Source of the DNA: Octopus vulgaris
Taxonomy: Eukaryota
Length of the DNA: 64,000 bases
Assembly (NCBI GenBank): GCA_951406725.2
Contig: OX597815.1
Coordinates: 24,490,001-24,554,000, forward strand
Direction: 5' to 3'
Made by a program: the position numbers and the translations under genes. The notes under the pieces are model-generated. The model searched no databases and was not told the DNA's origin. It saw only the letters and a list, made by a program, of their open reading frames with translations. Positions 60,551-64,000 of the stretch are shown piece after piece. The stretch's first letter is position 1. The number at the start of each line of letters is the position of its first letter.

Positions 60551-62108
60551 TCTGGATGGAAAATGTGTGAAAACATTTGAGAAGATTGTAGCTTTGGGGA
60601 GGAATGACTTCACAGTGTTTAATGCAGGATTTGGATATTACAAAGAGAATCCTGTTTCAGAACTTAACAAGGGTTGTATGCAACTTGATAGTTCAGAGGA
60701 GCAGAGATTAGAAACAGTAGACTTGTGGTCAGTTGTTGATGTGTGTTGGTGAATGAAATTTTGCCACTTAGTTAAATGACATTCCAATGGATGTAATCTA
60801 GAATGTTGGATTGCAGCTACAGTACTATACCAGATATTGAGCAGTCCTCCAAATGTGGTTTTTACTTGAGCTTTGCAGTGGGTCAGCAATTGATCACAGT
60901 ATTTTCTGTTTCTGAAGCCTAGTCTTTGGGAAGATGTTTTGAAATGTTATATATATGTGAAGTAACACTGTAGAGAGATCATATTGTGAGTTTTAATGAT
61001 TTTGATTGCTATGATTGTTCATGTATTAGGAAGGTGTGGCTAAAAAAGTGTTCTCTTGACATTAATAGCAATTGTGTCTTGATAATGATGAAGGAGTATT
61101 GATTGTAATGCTACCATTGTTTATAAAATGCAATGTCCTCCATGCATTTTGAAAAGTGATAGAGCTTGAAGGCTGTGTGGCACACAAAATCATTCTTTGA
61201 TTTCCTGATAGTCACCTTTCAGGAATTTCAGTGATGAGTAAAAGTCTTTTAGCTTTGTTGGTAAGTGAATTCCCTAAAGTGATGTAGGTGGAATCTTTTG
61301 TCTGTACTGCTGCGGCACAATTGTGAGCAGAGAATTTGGCAGGGTCTGGAGTTGTGGAATTTCGTTGAGTGAAAGAGGTCATGTGGAGAGACAGATTTAA
61401 GAGAACAGTTTCAATCATGCACTTAGCTGTGATGGAGAAGTCAAAGACAAGCACATTTAGTCCCAAGAATGGCCAGTATAGAACTTGTGAAGCTCTGACC
61501 AGTTAACTGATTTGAAAAAGTAGATGTTTGTAAGACAGAAGATTGTTGGGTAGCAGGGTGATGTGATATGTGTTGCATTGATTAGGTAAGGTTTAGATGA
61601 TCCAACATTGTAGAGAAAATGGTGGTTGGGTGAAATCTACATTTGGAAAGGATTCTTGGAACTAGTAATTCTACAGCTACATTACATATGGTATTGATAA
61701 AAAAAGCAAAATGCGAAATTAATTCATATGAATATATACTTGTAAAGAAAAGCCAGAATATCACAGGCATTAATCAATTTACAAAGAGAACATTAATAAG
61801 ATGAAAATAGTACACAGATCATATCATCAGTAGACCTGTAAAGTAAAACTTCTGCTTCACTTCAAGATTATAATAGCATTCTTTCTGTTTCCCAAAATAG
61901 ATAAAAATCCAAATTTGAAAAACATTGAATATTTTTGCCTTTAAAATAACACTTTATTAAGTTTAAAGCTTAAGGAATAAAACAAAGAAAGAAATTAGCA
62001 TGGTTTCATATATATATATATAAGCAATGACATGCAAAGACTTTCAGAAGGGTAACAACTCAGTTTAAAGACATCAATCCTCACAGCATTTTAAAAAATT
62101 ATATTGCC

Positions 62109-62157
<49 letters not shown>

Positions 62158-64000
62158 TAAATTAAGTTTGCAGTTTTATGTATACTGGTTTTCTCATAAA
62201 CATTATAGCACTTTTCTGTATGTACATTTCATTCAAATGTCTTCTTTTCCATGCTTGCATGGGTCAGACAAAAGTATGTTTGGGCAAAGTTTTCTATGGC
62301 TTGATGTCCTTCCTGTTATCAACCCCATATGTTTTCAGGTGAAGTATTAATCTCCCAGTCTATCAAACAATGAATAGCATGGATATGTATAACTGGAAAA
62401 CTAGAAACAACTGACTCCAGATGGACAAGCCTTTTGTTCACAAAGATCATTCAACATGACAAGGCATGTCAAGAAACTCAGATGTGCTTTCATAGTGGAC
62501 TGCAAGCAAATGACACTGCTAGCAAAGCCACTGTTTACAATGAACAAATGTGTTCAGATGAGAAAATATGAATTCATACACATACACACATAGACACTAG
62601 GCTTCTTTCAGTTTCCATTTACAAAACCCACTCACAAGACTTTGGTCAGTCTGGAGCTATAGTAGAAGACACAAGCTCAAGATGCCACATTGGAAGACTG
62701 AACTCAAAACCATGTAGTTAGGAAGCATTCTCTTTAACTAGACAGCCATGTACACCTATATAAATTAGAAATTTAAAGAAATATACTGTGAGCCATTTAT
62801 TATGAGAGTCACAGCTCTCATGCAGCCATAGAAAAATGTTGATCCTTATCACAAATACAAATGTAAATATTAGAGCCTTCTTTACATATGACAAATCCAT
62901 ACTGAAGAATACAGAAACCAATATAATTTAATAAATCAAAATAGCATTCTCCTGCACTTAAAAATTTTCCTGTACTTGAAAATATTCATCACTCCTTCAT
63001 CATCAACAAGGATGGCACCTGTGTCGGTGGCATGTGTAAAAAGATTTGAACGAGGTCGTTGCCAGTACTGCCTGTCTGGCCCCCGTGCTGGTGGCACGTA
63101 ATAGCACCCACTACACTCTCGGAGTGGTTGGCGTTAGGAAGGGCATCCAGCTGTAGAAACTCTGCCAGATCAAGACTGGAGCCTGGGGCAGCCATCTGGT
63201 TCGCCAGCCCTCAGTCAAACCGTCCAACCCATGCTAGCATGGAAAGCGGACGTTAAGCGATGATGAAGATGATGATGATGATTCTTTTCCCAATGTTAAG
63301 CAGTATGTCATCTTGTTTTCTGTCAGTCAGATACATTGTTTAGTTTAAATGGATTAAATACATTCTGAGTTATTAGTCAAATTCAGACAAGTTACAATGT
63401 TTCTGTTATTACCATGGTGATATATATGTATTATAAATATATATTCAAACATTTTTGCCATTATTTTTCTTTGGAGAGGCAGCACCTATTTGATTATGAA
63501 AATAATAAATCCAATCAAGCAGGCTATTTATTACATGAATTTCAGAGATTGGCTTCTTTGTAGTTCATGAAAATTTTGAAAGCCGAATTCTTGTTTAGTC
63601 CTATTACTCTCATGTAATCATAATAATTTGTAAAGTAGATACATAACCAAACATGAACAATAAAAGGTGACAGTAAGAATGGTATCCAGGGAAGAAGGGT
63701 CCATTGTGGTTGTCATCCCTGTGAAAGAGTTGCATCATCTTGTAATAAATAATCTAAATATTTTTATTCACTTTTAATGAAAATCATATTATTTTAAAAA
63801 TGAATTTCAAATGTAAAAGTCGTATGTTGTTTAATCAATTATTAACTAACTTAAACACATTCATTAATTTTAGTTTTTGCACATTGGTGATTATATCAAG
63901 TTGGACAATTTGCATATTTTTTGATTGAGCACTAATTGAACTAACAGCTGAGAAACAAAAGCTAATAGAATATATATTCGAAGAATATATTTGAATTCTG

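Noticed and set aside
60660-61800. Possible ancient LINE relic on the - strand
   Set aside because: Composition is suggestive but no convincing RT or endonuclease motif could be read.
57381-64000. Next upstream ITPR exon (expected NASKLLLAIMESRHD...)
   Set aside because: Not found by eye; it probably lies beyond the window.

Overview
AT-rich, repeat-dense animal genomic DNA, most likely a coleoid cephalopod (Octopus-like; inferred from the SINE families and microsatellite load). Two host genes converge. On the + strand are the last two coding exons of an MMACHC/CblC cobalamin-processing gene (454-600, 1526-1834). On the - strand are the last 13 coding exons of an inositol 1,4,5-trisphosphate receptor (ITPR; 57380 down to the stop at 30786), all with GT-AG junctions in consistent phase, followed by a probable ~2.4 kb SINE-free 3'UTR. 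Introns and intergenic DNA hold several SINE families, RTE and CR1 LINE fragments, a Penelope-like GIY-YIG relic, a mariner relic, piggyBac-type (TTAA) and hAT-type (8-bp TSD) MITEs, Helitron-like elements, an intron-containing tRNA-Leu(CAA) pseudogene and a 3.5-kb GAAAATTTTC foldback satellite. The most striking unannotated signal is about five distinct short repeat families, mostly foldback and embedded in (TA)n or (AAT)n, that each carry a minimal type-I hammerhead-ribozyme-shaped motif. They include a tRNA-headed SINE with a hammerhead tail and variants with non-canonical cores (a G3:C8 swap, A6U, CCAACGA). All calls were made by eye; no database search or folding program was run.
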